Below are positions 13,040-24,441 of a stretch of DNA of 57,562 bases, piece after piece. Each line of letters opens with the position of its first letter. Position 1 is the first letter of the stretch. This stretch comes from Catajapyx aquilonaris. Its lineage: Eukaryota. The stretch spans positions 62,001-119,562 of the forward strand of contig KZ538144.1 of NCBI GenBank assembly GCA_000934665.2. The letters are read 5' to 3'. The translations under genes and the position numbers were made by a program. A model generated the notes under the pieces. The model worked only from the letters and a program-made list of their open reading frames with translations. It was not told where the DNA came from and did no database searches.

Positions 13040-13265
13040 ACTGCCGTCAGATGTGAGAGGACCGTAACTCAATATCCACTTCCCTTGCGGCGAGAAAAGA
13101 AACCAAGTGTTACCGAAAGCATCCAAGAGGTGGCGTTGGGGGAAGGGGGGAAAGGAACGGCATCCCAACTCCAGCACCTGTTGGGTGCTTTTGGTACCAC
13201 TGGTTTTTTTTCTCGCCGCAAGGGGAAGTGGACATTGAGTTACGGTCTTCTCATATCTGACGGTG
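13040..13265. mobile_element. Palindromic MITE-like hairpin
   Basis: ~100-bp imperfect inverted arms (ccgtcagatgtgagaggaccgtaactcaat / attgagttacggtcttctcatatctgacgg). Confidence 0.65.
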
Positions 13266-13539
13266 CCAGCAGTAAGGACCTCGTTTAAAAACCCGAAATT
13301 ATTTTACTTTGTTCATAAATGTCCATGGAGTTATTGGCACCATTGATAAACAACAGATTTCGACCATGGCCAATGTTCGGTTCGGTTTGTTTACGGCACG
13401 TTCCATTTCCCCCTCCCCTAGTTGTTCTGAGGTCACCGTGAAGACGTGGGTGGAGGAAGGTGGAAGGGTACAGGGGTCTTCACGGGAGAGGAGATGTGTC
13501 CTCGTTGACGTCCAGCAAGCGACTGTGGCGTTCTTCCAC

Positions 13540-13760
13540 CCATTGCGCATGCTCGAAATGGGGCCAATTGGAGGCGTCATGGTAACAATGAGTTTATGTA
13601 ATAATGAACGGGGACCAATGGGGAGGTGGCGGCAACAATACGCGGCGGCGGACCAATCAGAGGGCTCGGCCGTGCAACGCAAGCATTTTAATATTATAGA
13701 TTGAGAGTTTGTCGTCTGAGATGGGCTGGGGTGGAGGGCGGGATGAGTTGTTTATAGGTT
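13540..13760 (+). promoter_or_regulatory. Candidate promoter/leader region for the BTB locus
   Basis: TGCGCATGC (NRF1-like) followed by three CCAAT boxes and a GGGCGG in CpG-rich DNA ~0.6 kb before the first cassette. Confidence 0.35.
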
Positions 13761-14262
13761 TATTTTTACAAGTTTTCATTTAGTTCATATTTTGGGTTAG
13801 CTTGTGGCTCCCGTCATCGCTGACTACCCTTTACGGGGAAATGTCGTGATGGTGATGATGATGATTATTATTATTATTACAGTATTATTAGGAAAATTTT
13901 GGGTCATTTCATGTATACGCTACTTTTGATCTTGATATTACAAGTACTTGAACCCGTGTCAGTAGGTAATCTCGTAAGCATAATCCCATGCACCTGTGGT
14001 CAAATCGACCTCCGCAATACTGAAGCTCCTGATGCATACGGCTTATAACGGCCCATCTGATCATATATTATATCGACCTCGGGTGCAACAACACCATTGC
14101 CGTCTATCTGGCAACGTCCGGGTATTCCCGACTTGTTACCCTACGTAGAGGCTGCATATAGCTGGTACTCAGAGGGAGGGGGGGTTAGCAGGGGGAAAGG
14201 TTGTGGAGACGGGGTTGCCTCGGTTACGCCAGCTGAGAGCTGCCGTTATTCGAGACGGAGCC

Positions 14263-14740
14263 ATGGCTAGTCACGGTCGCAAAAGGCTGGTATTTAGTGT
14301 GGACGAAAAGGTTCAAATCATACGCGCTATACAAGGAGGACGTAGCCAAACTGATGTAGGACGCGCTTTTGGAGTACCTAGAACCACTATCACCTGCATG
14401 TGGAAGCACCGGCAGGACATACTGGCTGCTTACCAGGAGAACAAACCTAACAAGATGAAGAGGATTCGGGGTCCGGCCAAGAGTGAGGTGGACGCAGCTC
14501 TTTGGCGTTGGTATAAATCGGAAAAGACCGCCGGTACAGTCATCAACGGACCTATATTGCAAGCCAAATCGGAGGAACTGGCCAGACAGCTGGGTGATAG
14601 CCAATTTGTGTGCTCTGGAGGATGGTTGGACAGGTTCAAGTACAGACACAACATTACATTCGGCCGAGGTAAAACCAGACCGGTACAGCCAGATTCGCCA
14701 GTACAACCAGGATCATCACCGGACATGTGGGTCAAGACAG
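14263..14740 (+). CDS. Variable cassette A: CENP-B N-terminal/Psq HTH + HTH_Tnp_Tc5 (Tigger/pogo-type DNA-binding domain)
   Basis: RKRLVFSVDEKVQII..VGRAFGVPRTTI..EVDAALWRWY..INGPILQAK..FVCSGGWLDRFKYRH; ends aca g|gtatgt (478 nt, phase 1). Confidence 0.85.
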
Positions 14741-15050
14741 GTATGTACAGTGTCTGTATTCAAGTTAAAATGTGATCTACCCAATCAGATTGTGAGATTA
14801 GCCCGTATTATTAGCTGCTCCTCTGAGCTCACGGCTACCGCTACCGCAGCACTGCTACGCGACATTTAAATATCCGGCCACATTATCAAGTTTCAAGTAC
14901 AGATTGTGCAAGTCCTTGACATACTTGAACACGCGCAGGCTAATCGCGCAGGTACATGCTGACGTATCCCAGCAAGGAAACTTGAACCTTGAGCATCCTT
15001 GAACCGGCTGCCACTTCAAGTCCGGGCTTGGAAAGGGACAGTTGCGCATC

Positions 15051-15411
15051 ATGTCGTCCTATTACTGGGCACGGGAGGATACCGTCCTGTTGATTGACCT
15101 GTGGCGCGCACGGCCATGTCTGTGGGACCCACGACACCGTGATTTTCATAAGCAGCACTTGAGGGCACAAGCCCTGCAGGATATGGCTACGGCTGTGTCT
15201 CGCACAAGACCTGGTACCAACGTAGCAGACGTTAGGAGGAAACTGAATGGTCTCAGGACACAATTTTGTGAGCAGTTGAGGAAGGAGAAAAGAGGGCCGC
15301 CTGGTGTCAGAGGAAGGACACTCTGGTGTTTTCAGAAACTCATGTTCCTGCGGGATTCTTCCTCGCCTCGTTCCTGGAGCACCGGGAACACGCACGATAC
15401 TGGCCAGTCAG
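15051..15411 (+). CDS. Variable cassette B: MADF domain
   Basis: WAREDTVLLIDLWRARPCLWDPRHRDF..LRAQALQDMA..DVRRKLNGLRTQF..LWCFQKLMFL; ends tca g|gtatcg (361 nt, phase 1). Confidence 0.85.
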
Positions 15412-16107
15412 GTATCGTCACTTTACACGTGGATTTCTGCGCAGATGCACTGTACTGCCGCGAGCATAAAGATGTGTAGGCCTACGGTATACAGAATCTT
15501 CATGCTCCCGACTGTCCTAACATGGTGAAGACACTGTTGTAGGCAGTTGTAGGACACTGTTGAAGAGAAAGCTATGCGCTAAATTAATTTTTTCACACAT
15601 TATGGTTGTCCCGCAATTTTCCGCGCCGTTTGTTGGACTTTGTAACGCATAGTTAATGAACCATACGCGCAATATTACGCTCGCGTGTTTTCATATTTCC
15701 AACCCACTAGACATGTTTTTCCCCCTGTTCAAACTTGCCGCCTAATCTGCCGGAAAATTCACATATCCCTGGGTTAGACCAGAGGTAATAAGATAACATT
15801 ACCAGAATATTAGGTCCACCGCATTTTTCAACATATTTTATTGCCGCTGATGTCATATGTGAAACAACGATGTCCAGACCGATCTAAACCCCCTGGAGGT
15901 AATATCCAGAAAAAATCAAGTAGATCTGATTCGGTTAGGAGGATGAATACTACACCAGCTTTTGATACAGGCATATAGATTCGCCTCAAAGTGAGGCTGG
16001 GATTAGGCGAGGGCTGGGTCTGGGGCGTGGCCTGGGTTTTATATTGACCAGGGAACAGCAGAACCCTCGGTTTAGTTGAGTTGGTGGTAGCTAGTCGTCC
16101 AGACGGG

Positions 16108-16438
16108 ATGGATTCCGGTGTTGCCGACATGGCTGACATCAGGTCATTACGGAGGATGCGGAGCGCCAATTTTAGCGAATACGAGAAGGATGTGCTGATG
16201 CGGGTCATTGCTGACTTCTTGGAGGTGGTACAGAGCAAAGGGTGTGATAGTCGGACCATCGCGCAGAAGGAACGAGCCTGGAGGGACATCACCTGCAGAT
16301 TCAATTCGTACAAGGGGGTCAACAAACGGGATAAGAAGGGCCTGAGGGAACTCTGGAAACGGATGAAGATGAGGGAACGGAAGAACCCGAGGATCCATCA
16401 GGATAAAGATTCGGATGAAGAGTTATGGTCATGGGAGG
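16108..16438 (+). CDS. Variable cassette C: Myb/SANT-like (MSANTD/Myb_DNA-bind_5 type) domain
   Basis: RSANFSEYEKDVL..KERAWRDITCRFNS..RDKKGLRELWKRMK; ends gag g|gtaagt (331 nt, phase 1). Confidence 0.85.
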
Positions 16439-16759
16439 GTAAGTTTTGTTGTTGTGAGCCGGCAACCCCGCAGTGTGCGTGACATTCTTACTCAACATGC
16501 GCAGGCACCTAAAGGCTCCCCCTGTAGCACCCTCTTCTTTTATTCGTCTGTCTGTGGTCCCCCCCNAAAACATCGATTTCTCCGCCTCGGAGCGTGCGTG
16601 ATGAAGCTGTGGCGTGACTCACGTGTGACACGCCGGGCCCAGCAATTCCTAAACCCGCCCTAGCAACCCCCACAGTCTTTTGAACATCCCAGTCTCTTCT
16701 TCGGATCCAGGAGTGTTGGTTGCATTCCACGTGCGTTTGTCAAATACGGTATCGTCAAC

Positions 16760-16948
16760 ATGAGCGATTTGGCGTTGTTGAAGGTGGTGGTGGAGGGTCT
16801 TCTTCGGGATAGGTCACAGCGGGTACAGCTGATTGACTACCCAAAGGCAAAGTCTGAAGTTTGGCGTAATTTCAAGCTGGTGGTATTGGACGATATGAGG
16901 CAACCTTTAGCGGTGTGTGTCAAATGTTTCAGGACCGTGTCGTATAAG
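16760..16948 (+). CDS. Variable cassette D, exon 1: N-terminal half of a BED zinc finger
   Basis: KSEVWRNFKLV..AVCVKCFRTVSYK; donor aag|gtcagt (phase 0); polypyrimidine-CAG acceptor at 16710 upstream of the ATG. Confidence 0.8.
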
Positions 16949-17684
16949 GTCAGTAGACTGGTATTTCCAAGACTGAGTCACGTGATGGTAGTTTTTTTTC
17001 GTCCCGATAACACGAGCTCGTTGTCGTTGATAAAGTAGTGTGAAGTAGTGTGGGGTCCGGTCTGGTTGAAGTGTCTCAGTGTGTGTCGGATCAAGCTGGA
17101 TTTTTTTTTTTTTCGTAATTTTTTTCTGACGGTATTTCAGATCCTCGAATATAGGTTTGCTACCGAGTTCGCTCTTTCGACCGACTCTCTGTAACGATTT
17201 ATTTGGCTCAGCGTTGCGTATAGCCTAGCCTTTGATAGTATTTGCTGGCTGTTAGGCCCTGCATGGACACAATGCAAAATCTCAGATTATATTATAATAT
17301 ACGGTAATAGCCTATATTATTTATTTATGATACCCCGTGATAACCAGTATTATTTGACGTGGTCAATTTTCCGTTAATTATGCATAGGATTGGATGGTAA
17401 ATTTTTGCGAAAATATGCATATGGATTAAAGGGCATCAATTGGCATGGCAGAATGATTAAAACGTGATCGAATCCACCCTTTTCCCTATATATCGACTTG
17501 TTTACGCATGATTATTGCTGTCAAGGATCGGTCGTTCAACGAGAGAACAAAAATAGGCATGACATTGCAAAGTCGCAGGAATTCACTCATAACTAATTTT
17601 TAAGCCTGAGACATTCCAGCAAGCTCTGTAGCAAACCTGCGTGTTTTTTTTTGTTTTTTTGTCTTCCACGTAAAGGTAGTGTGA

Positions 17685-18098
17685 ATGATGCCTTTTACGC
17701 CGATACGTCGAGTGACCCTAACTTTGGAGCAAAAAATCCAGCTGATCCGAGAAGTGGACGCTGGGGTGCGCAAGAAAAAGGACATTGCGGCCAGCTTCAA
17801 CATTCCGGCCAACTCGTTGTCCACTATCATCAAAGACCGAGACAGGGTGCTTCAGAGATACCAGGCATTGAAGGCTGGAGGGTTGGAGAGACGACGGGTT
17901 AGGTCGCCTCTGTATGGGGATGTGGAAGCACAGGTTTTTGATTGGTACACGACCCATGTCAACCAGGGGGTTGAGCTGGGGAAGGCTGAGATTAGAGCCA
18001 AGGCGCTTGAAGTAGCTCAGGAACTGGCCAAGAACGATTTTCAAGCATCTTCGGGATGGCTGTGTCGTTTTAAAGAGAAATATGGGATCAGATTGCCG
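17685..18098 (+). CDS. Variable cassette E: CENP-B/Psq HTH + HTH_Tnp_Tc5 domain
   Basis: RVTLTLEQKIQLI..KKKDIAASFNIPANSLSTIIK..DVEAQVFDWY..IRAKALEVA..FQASSGWLCRFKEKYGI; donor ccg|gtaatt (phase 0); strong polypyrimidine acceptor at 17675. Confidence 0.8.
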
Positions 18099-18470
18099 GT
18101 AATTTATTTTTAAAATAATTGAGGTGTGACATATTGGTTCTCAAATGAGGTTTTTTATCAGGTCTGATTGTGCAGGTATGACTGGGGTCGCATATTTCCC
18201 ACCAGAAGGGGTGCCAGGCAGTATCTAGTGTCACGACTACTAGATCAATAACTAATCCGCACCAGAACCGAAAAGAACCGGTTCCCAAATTTTCCGGTAC
18301 CAGGCGGTTCCGACCGGTTCCGCTATCGTGCAGCCTTGCACTGCTAGGCAGATCACATGACTTGTATCCCGCTATTTCATTGGACAAAGACTACCCGGGT
18401 ACTGCCCTGTCGTACCCCACCATCCGTGCAAAGTTCAGTTGAGTTCACACCATCATACCGGAGTGTCAGT

Positions 18471-18566
18471 ATGGGCCGTGTTAAAGAGAATCCGATTAGG
18501 GAATACTTCAATTTTGACTCCGTACAGTGTGTATCTGTCTGTAAGATTTGCTCGACTGTAATCAAG
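18471..18566 (+). CDS. Variable cassette F, exon 1: N-terminal half of a BED zinc finger
   Basis: MGRVKENPIREYFNFDSVQCVSVCKICSTVIK; donor aag|gtaagg, phase 0. Confidence 0.8.
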
Positions 18567-18670
18567 GTAAGGGAATTCGAAGGCCTGTTGGTGAAAGGTC
18601 TAACTTATAGCTAGTTGCATTATTTGCACTTCGCATAGGATGAATTGCAGTTTCATTTTGTTCTTTGTAG

Positions 18671-18769
18671 GGAGCACACGGTACAAATCTGGAGAAACAT
18701 GTCAGGTCGAGACATGAGGAGGAGTACGCTATTTTCCTAGAGCTAAAGGAAAACGCGTATCGGCAGCAG
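18671..18769 (+). CDS. Variable cassette F, exon 2: C-terminal half of a BED zinc finger
   Basis: ttctttgtag| GAHGTNLEKHVRSRHEEEY.. completes C-x2-C..H-x4-H; donors cag|gtatcc (phase 0, 18769) or ata g|gtagta (phase 1, 18794). Confidence 0.8.
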
Positions 18770-20110
18770 GTATCCTATTACTTACATTTTATAGGTAGTA
18801 GTACGCCGAGTCTAATTGGAACACGGAGACAAAAGAAAAGTAATAGGAACTGGGATAGGTTCCGTATTTTTGAACCAGAGGCCGGTACATGATCCTACTA
18901 TAAATTTTAGCATAAATTGTTGGTTTTGAAATATAAGTTGTACTTTGCACCTAACCAGATTATTATGTGTTTGTTTTCTTGGACACATTTGTCGTCTAGT
19001 ATACCGTTTGAAAACAACCGATAAGCCTATACCTAGTGGAGATCCGGTGTTCATTTCAGTATTTGGAGCCAGAAGATTAATATTTCAAATTTTGCTGCAA
19101 GATAATTGGAACCAAAAGTGCCTCAGAACCTATCCCAGTACCAGCATCTGAAACCCTTTAGATTGTATTTCTGGGCCATTCTGCCTCAAAGCAGACTATA
19201 ATTATTGACAAAGTGGTGGCTCGATCATCTCAGATTTGCTATTTAAAAATCATGTCCCTACACACACGAGTTGTGCCAAAAATGCAATTAGAGCCACACA
19301 GGTAAAACTTCGAGTGACGTGGTTTAGAACAACCGACTTTAGTGTGTCACATCATTTAAGCATGCTTAAGAATGACACTTTATGTGTTGATGAATTGGCC
19401 AAATCTTACTGCCTGAATTATAATGAGATAGCACGCCACTTAATAAACCCAGTGTGAAGACCTGAATCAACTCAGTTGAAACTTCTTTGAGAACCAATAC
19501 GCAAAAAATCACATAAGTACAGGGCATATCAATATGTAGGGAAAGTGAATTTTTCTTGCTTCACGATTTGAGCACATTCGAAAATTGAGATATGGAGTGT
19601 GTTCCAAGTATCCGGGTCCATTTGAAAGCACTGTCATAACAGTACAGTACTTATCAACATATGGACCTCTGGGATTAATGCATGTGTCACAACTCCACAC
19701 GAGTTTGATAATGTCTCTTGCGTAAAACTTGGTCTTATGATGATGGAGTCACGAGTCACAGTTACTTGGTGCAAAGTCAGGTATACCTCTTGCTAAATGT
19801 TACTCAGAACTTCAGGTTTCCAACTCCTTGTCCAGAGGTAACGAATGATCTCACTGCTCCTCAATTACAGGGTGGGCCATATTTGTTTTGCTCATCTTGC
19901 AGCAGCTGGTGAAAACAAACCTGTGATATTTATATTTTGTATTTAGGAAGCAAAAAAAAAATCACTTCCGCTACTTATAGAACTTTGACTTGCGTCGGTG
20001 GGACTGGAGGGATGATGCCAATGGACAACTGGCAATTAGGTTTTAGCATAATAGTGGACACTATGTGGTATGGTGTTACACCCTTCCCGTTTGGTATCTC
20101 CTGCTACAAG

Positions 20111-20282
20111 GGCCGCGAGGGCACCGGTAGCCTGCATCGTCACACCTGCAACCGTGTGGGTGGTAGTGGACATGGCCAAAGAACGAGTGGACGGCATCAT
20201 AGCATCGTCATACCCATCAGTCACCCTGCCGCAGCAAAATTCCTCGGCTATGGAAGTCGCACACTATCTGATGAAGAGAGAG
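20111..20282 (+). CDS. Variable cassette D, exon 2: C-terminal half of a BED finger plus linker
   Basis: Pyrimidine tract-tacaag| GREGTGSLHRHTCNR..DEERG; ends aga g|gtagtg (172 nt, phase 0 to 1); completes the D1 finger (YK|G..TGSLHRHTC, hAT-like). Confidence 0.7.
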
Positions 20283-20907
20283 GTAGTGTATATCTTCTAT
20301 TCTCAAAATTTGGGTAAATGCAATTATTGAATCGTCATCACTTGGATATTGAATTCAGGTTCAAGTATCTGTATAATATGAAGCTGAGAGAGATTATTAT
20401 TATTACCCAACAGTGCGTAGGCTATCGATACTTCCATATACCACAATTTGTCGTTACCCATAGTAACGAACCTTTACGAGCCAGCGAACTTCGTTAACGA
20501 GACTGTCGAAAGATTGATTTTTCCTCCATTTCTGCTTCTCTCTGGAAGAAGTAAATAAAACACCATATAACAGACAAAATTGTGACACAGGTACCGGTAC
20601 TTTTCGCGCCACTTTTACGTGGCCGCCAAGGTGCAGCCAACCGCCTTTCATTTCACACCAGCAATGTGCATGACGACTTATCGTATATGGGTGGACGAAA
20701 AAATATATTCAATACTTTCCATACTACCCATTCCCTCCGATGAGAAGCTAATCGAAAACAGTTTTTTAAACACCCGGCAACCAACCCAACGATTCTAATC
20801 TGAGTGACATGTATGTGAAAGCACGACTTAACACACAAGGAATGTGAAAGGCCCAAGGATAGGTCGCCTTTTGGAAACCCGTTTTGAGTGTCACAGCAGA
20901 CTCAGGT

Positions 20908-21055
20908 GCGTTTACACGGGAACACCGTACAGGACCCGTCGTGAAACTTGGCGGGAAAACGCGCCAATTCAAATATTCCGGCGTACGGGACATACGGGCC
21001 GAAAAATTCAAATTGACCCGCGTTTCCCGCTAAATTTTCAAAACAGTGTAAACGC
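20908..21055. mobile_element. Small MITE-like element (Harbinger-like termini)
   Basis: gcgtttacac ... gtgtaaacgc inverted termini with internal inverted ggcgggaaa/tttcccgc. Confidence 0.4.
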
Positions 21056-21287
21056 ATGTAACTATTGCGACCGTACAAGTAGAGCTATATCCCCAACTAG
21101 TTTTGTGTGGCGGTGGAGGCTGCAGCTGGGTGGCCGGGTGGGGGTATAGTCGATCGAAACTCAGCAGAGGGCAGCTTTAGGGGCGTCCCCCACTTGAGTC
21201 TGAGCAGAGCTCTCATTGGACCAGTCAACTCAAGTGCTCCCGGGGAAAAATATCCGGGCCGCCCGGAAACAAACCAGTATTGTCGGC

Positions 21288-21666
21288 ATGGAGCTCAGCA
21301 AGAGGTCGCCCAATTTCAGCAACCTGGAGAAGAACATACTGATCGGATTGGTGAAGAAGTACGTAGGGGTGATTGAGGACAAGAGGAACGATGGTCGGAC
21401 AGTGTCGCAGAAGGAGAAGGCATGGTTGATGGTCACGCAGGAGTATAACAGCAGGAAAGGAGTGACGTTCAGGGACGCTCGACAGCTGAAGAAGTGTTGG
21501 GAGAACCTGAAGACCAGGGCCAAGAGACAGTTGGAGGGCAAGGAGGGACGGCAGGCTTCTTCAGCATCGGATGTGGTACAGGTCATGCAGGAGATGATTG
21601 AGCAAGGGGGGGTGTTGACTGATAGTATGGAGCTGTTTGGAGGCCAATGGACCGTCGTGGATGACG
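21288..21666 (+). CDS. Variable cassette G: Myb/SANT-like (MSANTD3-type) domain
   Basis: KRSPNFSNLEKNILIGLVKKY..IEDKRND..KEKAWLMVTQEYNS..RDARQLKKCWENLKTRAK; ends gac g|gtgagt (379 nt, phase 1). Confidence 0.9.
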
Positions 21667-22829
21667 GTGAGTGTGGGACTCATCCTCCGTGGATTTTCTG
21701 GGGATACTTGGAGCCAGAAGGGGGTGGGTGGGACCTGTTTTATCGCCGCCATTCCGGAACGCCTGCGCTGATGTGCAAATCGATGATTTTTGGTCTCGAG
21801 ACCTGTACTGGTTGAATTGCCGATATTTTTCCTGTCCGCCACATAAATATCTGAGCGTGTCATGCTGCTTTAAATGGGACGGTTCGTACAATATGTTGGG
21901 GCTGACTCCGTCGCGTCGTCTAGTCGTTTGTATGCTTGTATACCAATCCCCCTGCTTTGTAGTCGGCTTGTGTTTGTAAACCGATACGTGCATGCAGTCG
22001 TCTGTTTTCCCGCGCCACAATATAAAATAACGCATGAAATGACGTCGCCATTGTGATAAACGAGACCATGAGTAAGCTGAGTCTAAACTGAGGGTGCAGT
22101 TTTGTCTGCTCGGATATTTGATATTAAGGAAAGAAAGAAGATATGGTCGCGACACGGCTGCGACGTAGAGTAATGGTCAGGAGCTTAAACTACTTGTAGT
22201 TATGCAAGTCTAAAATTACGGCTTTCCATTGCATTGCCCTATTTGATGGGGCCTTAACCTGATTGTCCATCTGATGGTACAGTACTGTACAGTTCTGCTA
22301 CTTGCCAAGGAGTTTTGTCAACTATCAGATTAACATCCACAACTGGATCTCGTGATGTTGCAGCCCAACGTGAAACCTGTCTATTGCGGAATCTCAGACT
22401 TCCGCATAAAATGTCGTGGTCTGCTACTGTTACATTACTGGGAAATTTTATCAACTGCATATAAAGACCTGAAAAATTTAATTTCATAGTTGAAATTGTC
22501 ATCATGATCAAGTAGTATTAGTGCAGTTTTCTGAAAGCGCGGATTTCGTATCGGTTTCCGGTTGTTGGTTGTCCAACAATGCAAAATACCAGTATAATAT
22601 GGAGTTTACTGGACGGACTGACTTGTCATGTGCGGCAAAAATAGACCATAAAAGCTGCCAGTGTCGTTTATATCCCCTCCCTGACGTAAATCCACGTTCG
22701 GCAATTCTGGCAACCACGCCGTGGCTTGAAAACGGTCAGATATGGCATCAGCGCCGAATTCCGTTTCCCTCGACGGATCGTTTCCAGCAGCAACGAGCGC
22801 ATAGACCAGCGGTAATACCCCGGCCGAAA

Positions 22830-23100
22830 ATGTCGTTTGAAACCCCAGCTTCCAGCCTTCTGATCCACCGTGCATCCAACTCTGGACGGCCCTTCTTCCA
22901 CAAGAAGGACGTGGATGATTACGTTCGCGAAAACGACGCCCTGACCATGGTGATAGACCCATCCGGTGTCAAGCATCTGTTCTGCCGATTCTGTGACATG
23001 GAGATAAGCAAACCGGGACACCTCCAGAAGGAGAGGATTAACGAGCACTTGCGGACCAAGCGACACTTCAAGGCCTTGCTTCAAAAGTGTGTGGGAAATG
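22830..23100 (+). CDS. Variable cassette H: CGGBP1-like zinc finger
   Basis: LFCRFCDMEI..KERINEHLRTKRH resembles the CGGBP1 LFCxxC..K..I..HL.sK.H finger; ends aat g|gtaaga (271 nt, phase 1); tttccag| acceptor at 22787. Confidence 0.75.
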
Positions 23101-23134
23101 GTAAGAGTGGAAACCTCGCATTACACATGACAGG

Positions 23135-23255
23135 TTCCAGGAGTAAGGTAGCAGATCTGAAGCTCAAACTGGCCTCCCAAGAGAGGCGCTTCTACAGAGG
23201 GGCGCCTCTCTTGGAGGCCAGTTTGAGCTTCCGATCTGCTACCTTACTCCTGGAA
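23135..23255. repeat. Near-perfect hairpin (~55-bp arms)
   Basis: ttccaggagtaaggtagcagatc..gagaggcgc / gcgcctctc..gatctgctaccttactcctggaa. Confidence 0.85.
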
Positions 23256-23444
23256 GTGACTGTACTGTACATGGACGCGCGATATTTTGAAGCTACCGTA
23301 CCATTCCGGGCGTGAGCGCATGCGCTTCGAAGTAGCAGAAAAAAAGCGAGTTGAGATCCACTGGTCATTTCAATCTGTCGACCGGCGCAGAGTACTGCAC
23401 TCTGACTGCACTACTGCAGTAGGTTGGGAGTGTCGCAGGGAACC

Positions 23445-23730
23445 ATGGCCGAAGAAGCGGAGTATGAATTCACGGAGACGACTAAAGGTGGATTGGCTTT
23501 GCTGTGCAGGGGGCATCGGTTCCGGGTGCGGAAGTCGCGAGGTGACCGTAGGTACTGGTCCTGTACGGCTTGGGACTGCCCGGCAAAAGCTATCACTGTG
23601 TCGGACCATATGACAAAGTCTGTCGGTGTCAACAAAGGATGTCCGAGGCTGGAGCGTGTTGACAAGTGGAATGCGAGCAAGTGGCGGACACAGCCCCTGA
23701 CTGTTCCGCAGGTACCGAGTAGGCTTGCCG
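23445..23730 (+). CDS. Variable cassette I: FLYWCH-like domain (lacks terminal HxH)
   Basis: FTETTKGGLALLCRGHRF..RYWSCTAWDCPAKAIT; donor gcc g|gtacgt (286 nt, phase 1); alternative phase-0 donor at 23711. Confidence 0.75.
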
Positions 23731-24328
23731 GTACGTCTTATTGGACACGTTAGTGGTGTAGGGAATGTAATACAATGATGTGTGCGAATTATTTGCGGGC
23801 GAAGTCAGCAGGTGCGTGTGTGCCAGAAATAACGTATGGTATCCAGAAGGTTGGCTGCCATGGTAGCTGCGATTGATGGGAATAGTGCTTATGAGTTATC
23901 GCTATTAGAATACTGTGATTTGTATTAGATTGTCATATTAGTGTCGGCAAATTCTGCCATTGTTGCTGAGAGCCAGTTAAGTTGGCGCCTAGGCCTCCGT
24001 TGCTTTACAGTGAACTGAACCGGTGCTTTTCGTGTACTTGTCGCCACATTTCTGACCAGCAAATGGACTCAAATGGTGATAACTGCTAAATGATGTCACA
24101 GTTAGCTAATACTAAGTTCACTCAGTATAGCCGCTACGTTGGTTTTGGGCCTTTTTTTTTGCTTTCCTCCCCTCTCCTCCCCTCCCCCACTCAAAGTTGG
24201 TCCGCCATCTTTGTTGTCAGTTGGTTTGTTTGCTGGACGAAGTTTAGCTGGATATCGGGAACCTCCGATTTGTGGTTGGTTTTGAGACCCGCTTTACCCA
24301 CTTAGCTTCGGGGTCGTGGAGTCTTGGG

Positions 24329-24441
24329 GTGGGATTTTCGTCGTACTACTAGTTACTGCTAACTTAGCGGTACCATTGCATTACACTGGTACTGCTAACT
24401 TAAAACTTAAAAGTAACTAGTAGTACGACGAAAATTCCACC
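24329..24441. repeat. Short hairpin/MITE
   Basis: ggtgggattttcgtcgtactactagttact / agtaactagtagtacgacgaaaattccacc. Confidence 0.6.

Noticed and set aside
13299..13704. Overlapping 127-131 aa ORFs on both strands
   Set aside because: No recognisable domain; GC-rich promoter-like sequence explains the open frames.
15850..15898. Tiny ATG to phase-1 donor segment (MSYVKQRCPDRSKPPG)
   Set aside because: Too short, with no domain or convincing acceptor; plausible by chance.
22521..23315. 264-aa ORF as one protein
   Set aside because: Only 22830-23100 looks like a domain; the 3' part runs through a palindrome and the 5' part precedes an acceptor.
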